From: an uncultured bacterium
Lineage (GTDB): Bacteria > CAZDME01 > JAYEMH01
Length of the DNA stretch: 64,000 nucleotides
Direction: 5' to 3'
NCBI GenBank assembly: GCA_964506075.1
Contig: CAZDKO010000003.1
Coordinates: forward strand, 1,510-65,509
Of this stretch, positions 43,617-53,949 are shown in pieces. Below the pieces are notes generated by a model. That model ran no database searches. It was not told the origin of the DNA and was given only the letters and a program-made list of their open reading frames with translations. The position numbers were made by a program, and so were the translations under genes. Within the stretch, counting starts at the first letter, position 1. Each line of letters starts with the position of its first letter.

Positions 43617-44567
43617 ATGATGAAAAAATTTGTGACTGTATCCCAGATCATAGATGATACAAATACAGTTTTAAAATTAAAAATTATTGCCGGGAAAGAC
43701 GGTCTTACCCGAAAAATTAACGTTTCAGATCTTAATCGTTTAGGTCTGGCTCTTACGGGGAATTTTATTTATTTTCCTTCCGAAAGAATTCAAATAATTG
43801 GTTTAACTGAATTAACGCAGATTCGTAATTTAAAAAAAGAAACGCATAAGGAAAGAATTGAAAGAATATTCAGATACAGCCGTATCCCTTGTTTTATAAT
43901 TTCCCGTAATCTAAAAATATGTCCTTACTTCCGGGAGATGGCGGATAAGAAAAAAATCCCGCTTTTACTTTCCAAAACTCCTACCACCAAATTAATAAGT
44001 ATCGTCACCAATTATCTGGAAGATCGATTCAGCCAAGAGATCACTCTCCATGGTACACTGCTTGACGTTTTCGGCGCAGGGGTTTTAATTTTGGGAGATA
44101 CAGGGGTGGGGAAAAGTGAAACGGCTTTAGAGTTAATAGACAGAGGGCATCGCTTAGTGGCTGATGATTTTGTTCGTATTACTAAACTGGCAGAGAAAGG
44201 TTTATTGGGAAGAGGTTCAAAACTTATTAAGCACCATATGGAAATCAGGGGAATCGGTATTATTGATATTCGTACTATTTTTGGCGTGGCGGCAATTAGA
44301 AACAGTAAAGGGATTGATCTGGTTGTTAAATTAGAACCCTGGCGAGAGGATAAAGAATATGAAAGATTAGGGTTAGATCAGAAGGTGATTTCTATCCTGG
44401 GAGTTAAAATACCAAAGCTTGTTATCCCGGTGCGTCCGGGAAGAAATATTGCTACTCTGGTTGAAGTGGCGGCACTGAATGAACGGCTAAAACGAATGGG
44501 GCACGATACGGCTCGCCAGCTTAACGAATTTTTAATAAATAGAATGAGAAGTAAAACACAAAATTAA
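43617..44567 (+). CDS. hprK: HPr kinase/phosphorylase HprK
   Basis: LHGTLLDVFGAGVLILGDTGVGKSETALELIDRGHRLVADD (P-loop) and HMEIRGIGIIDI. Confidence 0.92.
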   Translation: MMKKFVTVSQIIDDTNTVLKLKIIAGKDGLTRKINVSDLNRLGLALTGNFIYFPSERIQIIGLTELTQIRNLKKETHKERIERIFRYSRIPCFIISRNLKICPYFREMADKKKIPLLLSKTPTTKLISIVTNYLEDRFSQEITLHGTLLDVFGAGVLILGDTGVGKSETALELIDRGHRLVADDFVRITKLAEKGLLGRGSKLIKHHMEIRGIGIIDIRTIFGVAAIRNSKGIDLVVKLEPWREDKEYERLGLDQKVISILGVKIPKLVIPVRPGRNIATLVEVAALNERLKRMGHDTARQLNEFLINRMRSKTQN

Positions 44568-44580
44568 TACAGGGGGAATT

Positions 44581-44994
44581 ATGGTTGGTATAGTAGTGGC
44601 TGCTCACGGGGGTCTGGCTGAAGGACTTATTGCTACTACTCAAATGATGATCGGTCCGTTGAAGCAGGTTGAGGCAGTAGCTATCTATGCTAAGGAAGGT
44701 ATAAAAGATTTAGAAAAAAAATTAGAAGAGGCAATTAATAAAGTGGATACCGGTAACGGGATTTTAATTCTCATTGATATTTTCGGAGGGAGTCCGGCTA
44801 CTGTCAGTCTCTCTTTTATCGACAAATATAATATAAAAGTGGTCAGCGGAGTGAATCTTCCGGTAATTCTGGAAGTAACGACACATCATGAGTTTTGTGG
44901 CCTGGAAGACCTGGCTAATCTGGCTTTAGCTACCGGACGGAAAAGTATTTTAATGGCCGATGAGATTTTTCGCGATAAAAGGAAGAAAATATAA
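44581..44994 (+). CDS. PTS mannose-family EIIA component
   Basis: MVGIVVAAHGGLAEGL carries the phospho-His. DIFGGSP is also present. Confidence 0.88.
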   Translation: MVGIVVAAHGGLAEGLIATTQMMIGPLKQVEAVAIYAKEGIKDLEKKLEEAINKVDTGNGILILIDIFGGSPATVSLSFIDKYNIKVVSGVNLPVILEVTTHHEFCGLEDLANLALATGRKSILMADEIFRDKRKKI

Positions 44995-44997
44995 AGG

Positions 44998-45474
44998 ATG
45001 GCTGTAATTCTTATAAGGATAGACGACAGATTAATTCACGGACAGGTCATTCAGGGCTGGGTTAAGCAACAGAGGATTCAAAAAATTTTTGTTTGTAATG
45101 ACGAAGTAGCCGCTGATGAAATGCGCCGGACACTTTTAGAGATAGCCGTTCCTTCGGATATTAAAATATCCATTCTATCCATTAACGAAGTGCCTCAGGT
45201 GATTCAGGAAGCAGAGTTCACTAAGGAAAGGGTGCTGTTTCTTTTTACCAAGCCGCGTGATTTAGTAAGACTTTATGATTCAGGGGTAAGGGTAAAATCT
45301 GTTAATATCGGAGCCATGCATTTTAGCCCTGGCAAAAAGCACATTTTAGAAACAATATCCGTTGATGAAGATGACGTCTTGGCTTTTAAATATTTATCCA
45401 GCCGGGGTATCGAATTAGAAGTAAGAACAGTTCCTACAGACGCTAAAAAAGACATAATGAGATTTTTGGAATAA
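44998..45474 (+). CDS. PTS mannose-family EIIB component
   Basis: ILIRIDDRLIHGQV carries the phospho-His. The protein is 158 aa. Confidence 0.9.
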   Translation: MAVILIRIDDRLIHGQVIQGWVKQQRIQKIFVCNDEVAADEMRRTLLEIAVPSDIKISILSINEVPQVIQEAEFTKERVLFLFTKPRDLVRLYDSGVRVKSVNIGAMHFSPGKKHILETISVDEDDVLAFKYLSSRGIELEVRTVPTDAKKDIMRFLE

Positions 45475-45475
45475 A

Positions 45476-46165
45476 GTGATTAAAGAAATTTTTATTTTAG
45501 CCCTTATCGGGGGATTTTTAAGTTTAGATGCAACAGCCGTAGGGCAAATTCTTATTTCTCAGCCGTTATTTTCCGGTTCTATCATAGGGTTAGCTTTAGG
45601 CGATGTTCAAACGGGGCTTTTGGTCGGAACAATTCTTCAGCTGATCTGGATAGGGAAACTTCCGGTTGGAGGTGCTAACCCTTCTTTAGGGACAGCCCTT
45701 CTCGGGATTTTTACCGTTGGCCTGGTGCTTATTTATCAAGGACAGGGTATTCAACCGGGATTGCTTCCGGTGGCAGTTTTTCTAGGGACCATAGTTGGTT
45801 TTATGGCCCAAAAGGGTGAAACAATATTGAACAGGTTAAACGACCATTTAATCCATCATACCGAGAAGTACGTGTTACAAAATAAACTATGGGGGATTGA
45901 AATTTTTAACTGGATTTCTTTAATTATCATTTTTACCTTTTCTTTTTTACTCATTTTTATCAGTACCTTCATAGGGTTACGAATTACCTTACTACTTTTT
46001 AGAATTACAAATCCCCTGATTGTTCGGGGATTAATTCTGGCAGAGCGAATGCTGCCTGTTTTAGGATTGGCTGTTCTTTTTAATTTATTTGTTAAGAAAA
46101 AAACGTTACCTGTTTTTTTTATTGCTTTTTTCATTGCTTTAGGATTTCTTGCCTTATGGATATAG
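45476..46165 (+). CDS. PTS mannose-family EIIC membrane component
   Basis: GTG start one nt after the EIIB stop. It is a polytopic membrane protein with LSLDATAVGQILISQP and LIWIGKLPVGGANP. Confidence 0.82.
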   Translation: MIKEIFILALIGGFLSLDATAVGQILISQPLFSGSIIGLALGDVQTGLLVGTILQLIWIGKLPVGGANPSLGTALLGIFTVGLVLIYQGQGIQPGLLPVAVFLGTIVGFMAQKGETILNRLNDHLIHHTEKYVLQNKLWGIEIFNWISLIIIFTFSFLLIFISTFIGLRITLLLFRITNPLIVRGLILAERMLPVLGLAVLFNLFVKKKTLPVFFIAFFIALGFLALWI

Positions 46166-46974
46166 ATAACAAAACGACAACAATTTCGCGGGGTTTATTA
46201 TTTAAGGTTTTTTTACGTTCATTTTTTGTCCAGGCAGTTAGAAATTCCGAACGCCTCCTGGGTTTTGGACTGGCTTACATGATGCTTCCGGTAATTCGCC
46301 GTCTTTATAAGGATGGAAACCAAAGAAGGGTAATTATGTGGGAATATCTGAGCTGTTTTAATACCCATCCTTATTTCGCCGCCCCTATTGCCGGGATACT
46401 TATTAAAGAAGAGGAAAAAATTGCCGCCGCCGGAAAGGAAAACAACCGGGAAAAAATAAAGAATTTAAAAATTCAGGTTATGGGCCCGATGGGTGCTTTG
46501 GGAGATACTATTTTCTGGGCAACATTGAGACCTTTATCGGCTTTATTAGGGGTTAGCTTTGTATTTTTATTTTGGGATAGAAATAAATTTTTAGCTTTGG
46601 TGGTTAGTTTACTTTCTTTTTTCTTTATTTACAATTTTTTTAATTTAGCCGTTCGATTTCTGGGGATTTTTAAGGGATATCAGTCCGGTATCCAGATGGT
46701 TTCAATTGTGAAAAAAATAAACGTGCAAAGATTCATCAGTGTATTAACGGCTGCCGGGGTAGCTATGCTTGGTGTGGTATTAGTTATTCTCCCTTTTTCT
46801 TGCTCTCTGTTCAATATAGGGGAAATAATTAACCTCGGACCGGTATGGAACTTCTTGTTTATAGTGTTTCTTTTTATCTTGATAAATATACTTCTTCTGA
46901 AAGTTACTCCGGCGAAGATTATTTTAATGTTGATTTTATTCGGAGAATTAATGGTTTTTATTAATGCCGGTTAA
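46156..46974 (+). CDS. PTS mannose-family EIID membrane component
   Basis: FKVFLRSFFVQAVRNSERLLGFGLAYMMLP, FNTHPYFAAPI and a polytopic C-terminus. It overlaps EIIC by 10 nt. Confidence 0.82.
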   Translation: MDIDNKTTTISRGLLFKVFLRSFFVQAVRNSERLLGFGLAYMMLPVIRRLYKDGNQRRVIMWEYLSCFNTHPYFAAPIAGILIKEEEKIAAAGKENNREKIKNLKIQVMGPMGALGDTIFWATLRPLSALLGVSFVFLFWDRNKFLALVVSLLSFFFIYNFFNLAVRFLGIFKGYQSGIQMVSIVKKINVQRFISVLTAAGVAMLGVVLVILPFSCSLFNIGEIINLGPVWNFLFIVFLFILINILLLKVTPAKIILMLILFGELMVFINAG

Positions 46975-47014
46975 GTGAAGTGCCAATCGGATATTCTAAT
47001 ATGAATGGTAAAAA

Positions 47015-47284
47015 ATGAAAATAGAAAAGGTTATAATTATTACCAATAAGCTGGGGCTTCATGCCAGGCCAGCCGCTCTTTTTGTCCAGACGGCTAATAA
47101 ATTCGTTTCAGATGTGTATATTGAAAAGAACGGCGAAAGGGTTAACGGGAAAAGTATAATGGGATTAATGATGCTGGCTGCCGAACAGGGCAGTAAGATA
47201 ACGATTACGGTTAAAGGCGACGATGCAAAAGAAGCACTAGAGGCTTTGGAAAAACTTTTAACTGATAAGTTTGGAGAGAATTAG
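47015..47284 (+). CDS. ptsH: Phosphocarrier protein HPr
   Basis: ITNKLGLHARPAALFV (His-15 site) and NGKSIMGLM (the Ser-46 site targeted by HprK). Confidence 0.93.
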   Translation: MKIEKVIIITNKLGLHARPAALFVQTANKFVSDVYIEKNGERVNGKSIMGLMMLAAEQGSKITITVKGDDAKEALEALEKLLTDKFGEN

Positions 47285-47294
47285 GAGGGTAAAA

Positions 47295-49034
47295 TTGTTA
47301 AAGGGGATTGCTGCTTCACCAGGAGTGGCTATAGGTAAAGTTTACCTTTTAGAGAAAAGCAGGGTTTCGTCTGTTCCGCGTTATTCCATTAAGGAGAAAG
47401 ATATTCCCGGTGAAATTGCCCGTTTTGAAGAAGCACTGATTAAAACCAGAGAAGAAATAATTAATATTCAAAACAAACTTGCCAGGAAGTTAGACGGTGT
47501 ACACGCTGATATTTTTGACGCTCATCTTTTGTTTTTAGAGGATCGGATGTTTATTGAGGAAGTAATCAAAGGGTTAAAAAAGAAAAGAACAAATGTCGAA
47601 CAAATTGTAATACAGGTTTTAGAGAAAATTTCCAGTGTTTTCCCTAAAATAGGAGACGAATACCTGAAAGAAAGGGTCAGTGATATTCAGGATGTCGGGA
47701 ACCGGGTATTGAAAAATCTCACCGGTAAAGAAGACCGGGGATTAAGTTCAATAACAGAAGAAGTGATTGTTGTTTCTTATGACCTTTCGCCTTCAGAGAC
47801 AGCTCAGATGAATAAGACAAAAATTATCGGTTTTGCCACTGATATCGGGGGGAGAACCTCTCATACTGCCATCATGGCCCGTTCGTTGGAAATTCCGGCT
47901 GTAGTCGGTCTTCAAAATATTACCTGGCAGGTAAAAGACGGAGATATCATTATAGTCGATGGTACTGCCGGAGAAGTAATTTTAAGGCCGACTAAAGAGA
48001 AGATAGGACTTTATAAACAGAGAAAAGAAAAAATAATTGTCAAAGAAAAAGAATTATCAAAATTCCGGAAATTGCCGGCCAGCACATTGGATGGACGTCA
48101 GTTTAGTATGCTGGCTAATATTGAATTTCCGGAGGAGATATCTTCTGCTATGGAACATGGAGCCGAAGGCATAGGACTCTATCGGACTGAATTCTTTTAT
48201 CTTAATCGGGTTGATCTGCCTACCGAAGAAGAACATTTCAAGAATTACCTCAAAGTGGTAGAAAAATTTTCTCCCCTCCCCGTAACTATTCGAACTCTGG
48301 ATCTGGGGGGTGATAAATTTTCTTCTCATTTTGCTGTCCCTAAAGAGATGAACCCGTTCATGGGCTGTCGGGCAATACGCTTTTGCCTGGAGCGGCCAGA
48401 TATATTTAAGGTTCAACTGCGGGCGATTCTCAGAGCGAGTCAATACGGTAATATTAAAATAATGTTTCCGATGATTTCCGGATTTGAAGAATTCCTCCGG
48501 GCTAAAGAAGTTTTATCGGAAGTCAAAGAAGATTTAAAAAGAGAAGGTATTCCTTTTGATGAAAATATCAAAGTAGGAATAATGATAGAAACTCCGTCAG
48601 CGGCTATTACCGCTGATATACTGGCCCAGGGAGCTGATTTTTTCAGTATCGGTACTAATGATTTAATTCAATATGCGCTTGCTGTTGACCGGGTTAACGA
48701 AAGTATTGCCTACCTTTATAATCCCGGACATCCGGCTATTATCCGTCTTTTAAAACAGACGATAGACGCCGCTCATCAAAAAAATATTAAAGTGGGAATG
48801 TGCGGTGAAATGGCGGGAGACCCGCACTTTGCTCCTATTCTGGTAGGTATGGAGTTAGACGAGTTCAGTATGAGTCCGGTCGTTATTCCAGCCGTAAAAA
48901 AAATTATCCGTTCTGTCACTTTAGAAGAAGGTAAAAATATTTTAGAAAGCGTGCTTAAACTTTCTACCGGGAAAGAAGTTTCTTTATTTTTAAAAGAAAA
49001 ATTGAAAAAATACAAGCTGGAAAATGGAGATTAA
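47295..49034 (+). CDS. ptsI: Phosphoenolpyruvate-protein phosphotransferase (PTS enzyme I)
   Basis: LKGIAASPGVAIGKVY, GGRTSHTAIMARS (phospho-His) and GTNDLIQY. I prefer TTG 47295, which has AGGAGG at 47283-47288. The ORF-track TTG at 47271 is an alternative. Confidence 0.9.
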   Translation: MLKGIAASPGVAIGKVYLLEKSRVSSVPRYSIKEKDIPGEIARFEEALIKTREEIINIQNKLARKLDGVHADIFDAHLLFLEDRMFIEEVIKGLKKKRTNVEQIVIQVLEKISSVFPKIGDEYLKERVSDIQDVGNRVLKNLTGKEDRGLSSITEEVIVVSYDLSPSETAQMNKTKIIGFATDIGGRTSHTAIMARSLEIPAVVGLQNITWQVKDGDIIIVDGTAGEVILRPTKEKIGLYKQRKEKIIVKEKELSKFRKLPASTLDGRQFSMLANIEFPEEISSAMEHGAEGIGLYRTEFFYLNRVDLPTEEEHFKNYLKVVEKFSPLPVTIRTLDLGGDKFSSHFAVPKEMNPFMGCRAIRFCLERPDIFKVQLRAILRASQYGNIKIMFPMISGFEEFLRAKEVLSEVKEDLKREGIPFDENIKVGIMIETPSAAITADILAQGADFFSIGTNDLIQYALAVDRVNESIAYLYNPGHPAIIRLLKQTIDAAHQKNIKVGMCGEMAGDPHFAPILVGMELDEFSMSPVVIPAVKKIIRSVTLEEGKNILESVLKLSTGKEVSLFLKEKLKKYKLENGD

Positions 49035-50094
49035 AAAAATAGACCGTCGCTTAATTGAAACTTTAGATAAAAACAACATGTATGAAACACTGGTTAATTT
49101 TCCGGGACAGTGTCAGCAAGCCTGGTCTTTGGGTAAAATATTTCGTCCCCCCAAGCGATTCCGGAACGTTAATAATATTGTTTTTGCCGGGATGGGCGGC
49201 TCAGCCATAAGTGGTCTGGTTCTAAAGAGCTATCTTCAGGATAAGATAGATATCCCCGTTGAAGTTGTTCAAAATTATCGTCTTCCTCACTTTGTTAATA
49301 AAGATACTTTACTCTTTATCATTAGTTATTCGGGCAACACTGAAGAGACCCTTGCTGTTTATAAAGAAGCTTACAAAAGAAAAGTTAAAATTATCGCTGT
49401 AACTTCCGGCGGGGAGCTTGAATTACTCGCCCAGAAACACAATAAACCACTTATTTCGATTCCGGCAGGATTCCCTCCCAGAACAGCTCTGGGGTATTTA
49501 CTAATCCCGCCTCTTCTGGTTTTAGAGAAACTGCATTTCATCGGCAAACAGGGAAGTTATATCTCAGATTCAATTGATAATCTTAATGTTTTAACCGGGC
49601 GGTTTTCTATAGAAAATAAAGAGAATAGAGATAATTTAGCTTTAAATATCGCCGGTAAATTATATGGACATATTCCTCTTGTTTACGGAACTTTTGATAT
49701 AACTTCTGCTGTGGCTTATCGGTGGAAGACGCAATTGGCTGAAAACAGCAAAATGCTTGCCTTTAATCATTCATTCCCTGAACTTGACCATAATGAAATA
49801 GTTGGCTGGCAGGCACAAAATGATTTTTATAAAAATTTTATTATTGTTATTTTGAAAGATAAAGATGACCATAGAAGAAATAAAACCAGAATAGAAATTA
49901 CCGGGTCTTTGCTTAAAGACTGTGCTCATAAGATAGTGGAAATCGATTCAGAAGGTAAATCGTATCTCTCCAGGCTTTTTTCTTTAATCATTCTGGGAGA
50001 TTTTGTCAGTTTTTATCTGGCTTTAATCAATGGGGTAAACCCTACTCCGGTAGAAAAAATAAATTTATTAAAAGAAAAATTGACGCAAGCATAA
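49024..50094 (+). CDS. Bifunctional phosphoglucose/phosphomannose isomerase (SIS family)
   Basis: FAGMGGSAISG, ISYSGNTEET and FPELDHNEIVGW are typical of the archaeal/bacterial PGI-PMI family. It overlaps ptsI by 11 nt. Confidence 0.82.
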   Translation: MEIKKIDRRLIETLDKNNMYETLVNFPGQCQQAWSLGKIFRPPKRFRNVNNIVFAGMGGSAISGLVLKSYLQDKIDIPVEVVQNYRLPHFVNKDTLLFIISYSGNTEETLAVYKEAYKRKVKIIAVTSGGELELLAQKHNKPLISIPAGFPPRTALGYLLIPPLLVLEKLHFIGKQGSYISDSIDNLNVLTGRFSIENKENRDNLALNIAGKLYGHIPLVYGTFDITSAVAYRWKTQLAENSKMLAFNHSFPELDHNEIVGWQAQNDFYKNFIIVILKDKDDHRRNKTRIEITGSLLKDCAHKIVEIDSEGKSYLSRLFSLIILGDFVSFYLALINGVNPTPVEKINLLKEKLTQA

Positions 50095-50164
50095 TGTGAA
50101 AAAGCGGAACCTTTAAGAAAATTTATCATCTGGTATTCCGCTGGCTGATAAGTGGAGGGATTTT

Positions 50165-51217
50165 GTGAAAGCAATGGTTATGGCGGCGGGAATAGGAACA
50201 AGACTGCGTCCTTTAACCTATACATCGCCTAAACCAATGTTGCCGGTGGTTAATAAGCCGGTTATTGAACATACGTTAGGACTTTTAGAAAAAAACAATA
50301 TTCAGGAAATTGTTATTAATTTACATTATCGGCCGGAGATAATTACAAATTATTTAAAGCGAAGCAATAAGACCCAAGTGAAAATAAATTATTCATATGA
50401 AAGAAAAATTATGGGAACGGCTGGGGGGGTAAAAAAGGTCGAGGGGCATTTTAAGGAGACTTTTATTATATTAAGCGGTGATGGTGTTACTGATATCGAC
50501 TTGGAAAGGGCAGTTGCTTTCCATAGGCGGAAAAAGGCTTTAGCCACGATAGTTCTTTCCGCAGTGAATGCTAAATTTCCTTACGGAGTCGTTGTAACTA
50601 AAGAAAACGGTTTAGTCAACCGCTTCCTTGAAAAACCACAGTGGAAAGACGTATGTACCAATTGGGTTAATACCGGGATCTACATTATGGAACCGGAAAT
50701 TTTTCAATACATTCCCGAATCTTCAGAGTATGATTTTGGCCATCAGCTTTTCCCTAAATTAGTTAAAATGAAAAAGCCGATTTTTGGATATAAAGCGCCT
50801 GGTTACTGGTGCGATATTGGAGATTTACAGGAATATCGGCGGGTCCATACAGATATTTTAGACGGGAAAGTAGGTTTGGAAATCCCCGGCAAAAAAATAG
50901 GTAAAAATATCTGGGTTGGTAAGGGGACTGTGATTGATAAGAAGGCTAAATTAAAAGGCCCTTTAGTAATTGGTGCAAACTGTTGTATAGAAAAAAATGC
51001 CAGTCTTTCAGAATATACGGTATTGGGTAATCAATCCATAGTGAAAAAAGGGGCCAGACTCTGCCGTTGTATTCTCTGGGATAAAGTTTTTATAGCCAGG
51101 AATGTAGAGCTTAGCGATTGTATTATTGGTTTATCGGCTAATGTCCAGGAAAGTATCTCTGTTTTTGCCGGTTCAATAATAAATATCAGTAAACGCCACT
51201 CTGGATTCTGTGCTTGA
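50165..51217 (+). CDS. Sugar-1-phosphate nucleotidyltransferase (mannose-1-P guanylyltransferase-like) with C-terminal LbH domain
   Basis: GTG start. AMVMAAGIGTRLRPLTYTSPKPMLPV is the NTP-transferase signature. Hexapeptide-like repeats occupy the C-terminus. Sugar specificity cannot be determined by eye. Confidence 0.75.
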   Translation: MKAMVMAAGIGTRLRPLTYTSPKPMLPVVNKPVIEHTLGLLEKNNIQEIVINLHYRPEIITNYLKRSNKTQVKINYSYERKIMGTAGGVKKVEGHFKETFIILSGDGVTDIDLERAVAFHRRKKALATIVLSAVNAKFPYGVVVTKENGLVNRFLEKPQWKDVCTNWVNTGIYIMEPEIFQYIPESSEYDFGHQLFPKLVKMKKPIFGYKAPGYWCDIGDLQEYRRVHTDILDGKVGLEIPGKKIGKNIWVGKGTVIDKKAKLKGPLVIGANCCIEKNASLSEYTVLGNQSIVKKGARLCRCILWDKVFIARNVELSDCIIGLSANVQESISVFAGSIINISKRHSGFCA

Positions 51218-51331
51218 TTTTAAAACTGATTGAGCCGGATGATTTTGTAAAGACTTGTCATTAATATCGCGCTTTAAATTTTTTGATTATTTTAAACCAG
51301 TCTGTTAACTTTAGGAAAGGAGAAAGAAGCA

Positions 51332-52489
51332 ATGAAAAGGAATTTTATCTTCACCTCAGAGTCAGTAACCGAAGGGCATCCTGATAAATTATGCGATCAA
51401 ATTTCTGACGGTGTCCTTGATGAAATAATGAAAAATGACCCGATGGGCAGAGTTGCCTGTGAAACTTTTGTGACTATGGGGTTACTTATTGTCGGTGGAG
51501 AAATTACTACTAAGTCTTATGTGGATTTATCCCCTCTGGTCCGTAAAATCATTGAGGAAATAGGATATACCAATCCTGATTTCGGGTTTAGTTATAAAAC
51601 CTGCGGGCTGCTCAATGCTATTAGCCGGCAATCGCCAGATATAGCCCAGGGTGTTAACCGTGGAGGTGCCGGTGACCAGGGTTTGATGGTGGGTTATGCC
51701 TGCCGTGAAACGGAAGAACTTATGCCTTTTCCGATTATGATGGCGCATAAGTTAGTAAGAAAGTTAGCCGCCGTACGTAAAAATAAAATACTTCCTTATC
51801 TTGGTCCGGACGGTAAATCCCAGGTTACGGTAAAATATGAAAATGGCAAACCGGTGAGTGTAACGGATGCGGTTATTTCTTCCCAGCATACCCGGGAAAT
51901 GTCCCCCCCAAAGAAACAGAAGAAGCTTCATGAAGGTATTATAGAAGAAGTAATAAAAAAAATTATTCCCGCTAAGATGCTGGATAAGAAAATTCGTTAT
52001 CATATCAATCCCACCGGTAAATTTGAAATCGGAGGGCCTCAAAGCGATACGGGAATGACCGGTCGGAAGATTATTGTGGATACTTACGGAGGGATGGCCG
52101 CTCATGGGGGAGGGGCTTTTTCGGGGAAAGATCCGACTAAAGTTGACCGTTCGGCTTCTTATATAGCCCGGTATCTGGCTAAAAATATTGTGGCGGCCCG
52201 TTTAGCGGAAAGATGTGAAGTTCAGCTTGCCTATGTTATAGGAGAAGTACAGCCGGTTTCTTTATTTATTAATACATTCCATACCGGTGTGATCCCCGAA
52301 GATATGATTATGAAAATAATTCGTAAAAATGTAGATTTATCTCCACGTGGTATTATAGAGAAACTTGATTTAAGAAGACCGATTTATCGCCGGACAGCTT
52401 GTTATGGACATTTCGGCCGGACCGAAGATAGTTTTACCTGGGAAATAACTGACCTGGCTCAGATTTTAAGGAAAGAAGCAGGGTTATAA
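51332..52489 (+). CDS. metK: S-adenosylmethionine synthetase MetK
   Basis: [32 protein letters not shown] and [16 protein letters not shown]. Confidence 0.96.
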   Translation: MKRNFIFTSESVTEGHPDKLCDQISDGVLDEIMKNDPMGRVACETFVTMGLLIVGGEITTKSYVDLSPLVRKIIEEIGYTNPDFGFSYKTCGLLNAISRQSPDIAQGVNRGGAGDQGLMVGYACRETEELMPFPIMMAHKLVRKLAAVRKNKILPYLGPDGKSQVTVKYENGKPVSVTDAVISSQHTREMSPPKKQKKLHEGIIEEVIKKIIPAKMLDKKIRYHINPTGKFEIGGPQSDTGMTGRKIIVDTYGGMAAHGGGAFSGKDPTKVDRSASYIARYLAKNIVAARLAERCEVQLAYVIGEVQPVSLFINTFHTGVIPEDMIMKIIRKNVDLSPRGIIEKLDLRRPIYRRTACYGHFGRTEDSFTWEITDLAQILRKEAGL

Positions 52490-52586
52490 TTTATGCTTTT
52501 GGTGAGAGAAAATTTTATCAGGTTATTTAATTCTATACGCAACCTTTAGATAATTGACTAACATCAGAATTGGAAAGGAGAAAAAG

Positions 52587-53843
52587 TTGAATTACGATAT
52601 TGCGGACATAAAATTAGCCAGAGAAGGAAAACTCAGAATTGAGTGGGCGCGGGAATTTATGCCGGTTTTACAGTTGATTAAAAAAAGATTCGCCGCAGAA
52701 AAACCTCTTAAGGGAATGAGAATTTCTGCTTGTCTACATGTTACCACGGAAACGGCCAATTTAATGGAAGTATTAAAGGTTGGGGGTGCAGAAGTCAGAC
52801 TTTGTGCTTCTAACCCCTTAAGTACGCAGGATAATGTGGCTGCTTCTTTAGTTAAGGATAACGGCATTCCGGTCTTCGCCATTCATGGAGAGAATAAAAA
52901 GGTTTATTATGAGCACATTCAAAGTGTTCTATCGGTAAAACCACACATTACTATGGATGATGGCGCCGACTTAGTTTCTACTTTACATTCTGAGAGGAAA
53001 AATCTGATTGGAAATATAATCGGTGGAACAGAAGAGACAACTACAGGTGTGATTCGACTTCGTAGTATGGAGAGCCATAAGGTTTTAGGGTATCCCATTA
53101 TAGCTATTAATGATGCCCAGACTAAATATCTTTTTGATAACCGCTACGGAACCGGTCAAAGTACTATTGATGGAATCTTAAGGGCGACTAATATTCTTCT
53201 GGCCGGATGTAACTTTGTGGTTTGCGGTTATGGCTGGTGCGGTAGAGGTATTGCCCGTCGGGCTCAAGGGATGGGAGCTCAGGTAATTGTTGTTGAAGTG
53301 GATGCTGTCAGAGCACTTGAGGCCGCGATGGATGGATATCAGGTTATGTCTCTGAGTAAAGCGGCTAAAATCGGAGAGGTTTTTGTTACTTCAACCGGAG
53401 ATACCAGTATTTTAAGGGAAGAACATTTTAAATTAATGAAAGACGGGGCAATTTTAGCTAATGCGGGACATTTCAATGTAGAAATAGATATAAAGGCTCT
53501 TGAAAAAACGTCTAAAAGGAAAAGGACTGTTAGAAATTCTATTGAAGAATATACTCTCCGAAGCGGTAAAAGAATTAATTTGCTTGGCGAAGGACGGTTG
53601 ATTAATCTGGCTGCGGCTGAGGGACATCCGGCTATGGTTATGGATATGTCTTTTGCCAATCAGGCTTTATCCGTAGAGTATTTAGTTAAAAATGCGGATT
53701 CTTTAAGTAAGAAAGTATACGCCGTCCCTGTCGAAATTGATAAAAAGGTCGCTTCATTGAAACTGAAAAGTATGGGTATAAAAATAGATACCCTGACCAA
53801 AGAGCAGGAGAGATATTTAATATCCTGGGAGATGGGGACGTAA
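52587..53843 (+). CDS. ahcY: Adenosylhomocysteinase AhcY
   Basis: [26 protein letters not shown] and a [13 protein letters not shown] motif. I prefer TTG 52587, which has GGAAAGGAG upstream. The ORF-track start at 52554 is less likely. Confidence 0.93.
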   Translation: MNYDIADIKLAREGKLRIEWAREFMPVLQLIKKRFAAEKPLKGMRISACLHVTTETANLMEVLKVGGAEVRLCASNPLSTQDNVAASLVKDNGIPVFAIHGENKKVYYEHIQSVLSVKPHITMDDGADLVSTLHSERKNLIGNIIGGTEETTTGVIRLRSMESHKVLGYPIIAINDAQTKYLFDNRYGTGQSTIDGILRATNILLAGCNFVVCGYGWCGRGIARRAQGMGAQVIVVEVDAVRALEAAMDGYQVMSLSKAAKIGEVFVTSTGDTSILREEHFKLMKDGAILANAGHFNVEIDIKALEKTSKRKRTVRNSIEEYTLRSGKRINLLGEGRLINLAAAEGHPAMVMDMSFANQALSVEYLVKNADSLSKKVYAVPVEIDKKVASLKLKSMGIKIDTLTKEQERYLISWEMGT

Positions 53844-53949
53844 AATCAGTGTCCCCCATAGTTTTTTGTTAATACAAAACTAAGCACGGGGGCAGGCAGA
53901 GAGTCGGGTATCAAAGTTTAAGGCATAAGCGTTAGACGGGTGATAAATT

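Noticed and set aside
51218-51331. A possible SAM riboswitch upstream of metK, and a possible SAH riboswitch at 52490-52586 upstream of ahcY.
   Set aside because: Both spacers are AT-rich. They lack the conserved GC-rich cores of the SAM-I, SAM-II and SAH riboswitches as I remember them, and no convincing multi-stem junction could be drawn. A cmscan search would settle the question.
53853-53892. A hairpin between the convergent ahcY and lptG genes, considered as a bidirectional terminator. CCCCC/GGGGG and TAGTTTT/AAAACTA pair across an internal loop.
   Set aside because: The stem is interrupted by an asymmetric 5-nt bulge, and neither strand has a proper downstream T-tract. It is too weak to annotate as a terminator without 3'-end data.
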